The notes under the pieces were generated by a model. The model ran no database searches. It was not told the DNA's origin and saw only the letters and a program-made list of their open reading frames with translations. Below are positions 63,935 through 64,000 of a stretch of 64,000 nt of DNA, in pieces. The stretch comes from Blasia pusilla (taxonomy: Eukaryota), in assembly GCA_050084515.1 (NCBI GenBank), contig CM114271.1:6882001-6946000 (forward strand), read 5' to 3'. Numbering within the stretch: the first letter of the stretch is position 1; the number at the start of each line of letters is the position of its first letter. A program made the position numbers and the translations under genes.

Positions 63935-64000
63935 CGTCGCTTCCAACTTCCGGAGCAGCTGCAGCCGCTGCTCAGCCATCTTTAGGGCTTCGAAGGAACT

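Overview
Eukaryotic land-plant nuclear DNA. A bryophyte or other non-seed plant is suggested by the transposon families, but this is inference. There are three multi-exon host genes: a TPX2-like spindle protein (+, 18679-24442), a long-chain acyl-CoA synthetase of the LACS8/9 type (-, 27422-38419), and a large trithorax/ATX-related PHD-ePHD-SET histone methyltransferase (-, 48905 to at least 61577). Positions ~1750-15300 are a nested, degenerate Ty3/gypsy graveyard. The LACS introns carry three separate insertions: a very young full-length Ty1/copia element, a solo LTR and a small Helitron. The copia element has 636-bp LTRs with 2 differences, a CTTCA target-site duplication (TSD), non-canonical TG...AA termini and a half-tRNAiMet primer-binding site (PBS). 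A 1020-bp solo LTR sits inside a degenerate long-TIR element at ~41.5-44.5 kb. The least explained signal is a ~475-nt non-coding stretch (25826-26299) between the convergent TPXL and LACS genes. By hand it folds into many helices with G-U pairs on the + strand and a 9-bp loop-bulge pseudoknot, and I cannot assign it to a known RNA class.
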